This document shows, piece by piece, positions 63,786 to 64,000 of a DNA stretch of 64,000 bases (position 1 is the stretch's first letter; each line of letters opens with the position of its first letter). The stretch spans positions 53,756,001-53,820,000 of the forward strand of contig NC_086108.1 of NCBI RefSeq assembly GCF_963921235.1, in the 5' to 3' direction. The translations under genes and the position numbers were made by a program. This DNA comes from Mobula hypostoma. Taxonomy: Eukaryota. The notes under the pieces were generated by a model. It did not search any database. It worked only from the letters and a program-made list of their open reading frames with translations, and had not been told where the DNA came from.

Positions 63786-63875
63786 GGTGCCAATGAGTTG
63801 GCTTCGAGAGCAGAAAACCCAAGAGCGAAGTGATCATTTTCAATGCTGAATTGAACTCAATGTTATTTTGGTCTC

Positions 63876-64000
63876 AACTGTGGCTCTGCAGCATTCTTAT
63901 CCTGTAGGTCAAAAGATTGTGTGTTCAAGCCCCACTCCAGAGACAAAGCTAAAAGTCTCAGCCGGCCCCACATTCCAGTCCTGTGGTGGGACTGCAGGGT
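63876..64000 (+). mobile_element. DeuSINE/SacSINE1-like head, running off the window
   Basis: CAACTGTGGCTC...GTCAAAAGATTGTGTGTTCAAGCCCCACTCCAGAGAC. Confidence 0.55.

Overview
Repeat-rich, CpG-depleted vertebrate DNA, either intronic or intergenic. The repeat repertoire points to a cartilaginous fish, probably a batoid; this is an inference. No intact host protein-coding gene is recognisable, and the recognisable ORFs in the track are decayed transposon frames. The window contains many Penelope-like elements (PLE; Neptune-type RT plus Cys-linker and GIY-YIG) whose 3' ends carry minimal type I hammerhead ribozymes, three of them with intact catalytic cores. It also holds Rex1/Babar, CR1, RTE and L2 LINE fragments, tRNA-derived SINEs (V-SINE/HE1-like and DeuSINE/SacSINE1-like), Tc1-like MITEs and two Tigger/pogo elements, often nested with visible target-site duplications (TSDs). 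The most notable structures are: (1) a 1.76 kb fold-back PLE insertion with a hammerhead at each end and a 15 bp TSD; (2) a 5'-inverted, near-full-length PLE; (3) two PLE insertions at one target site; (4) an 18-copy minisatellite born inside a SINE; (5) a 94 bp hairpin in unique DNA; (6) two tentative short coding first exons, one next to a dense transcription-factor motif cluster. Repeat family names come from recalled consensus similarity, not from a database search, and boundaries of old repeats are approximate.
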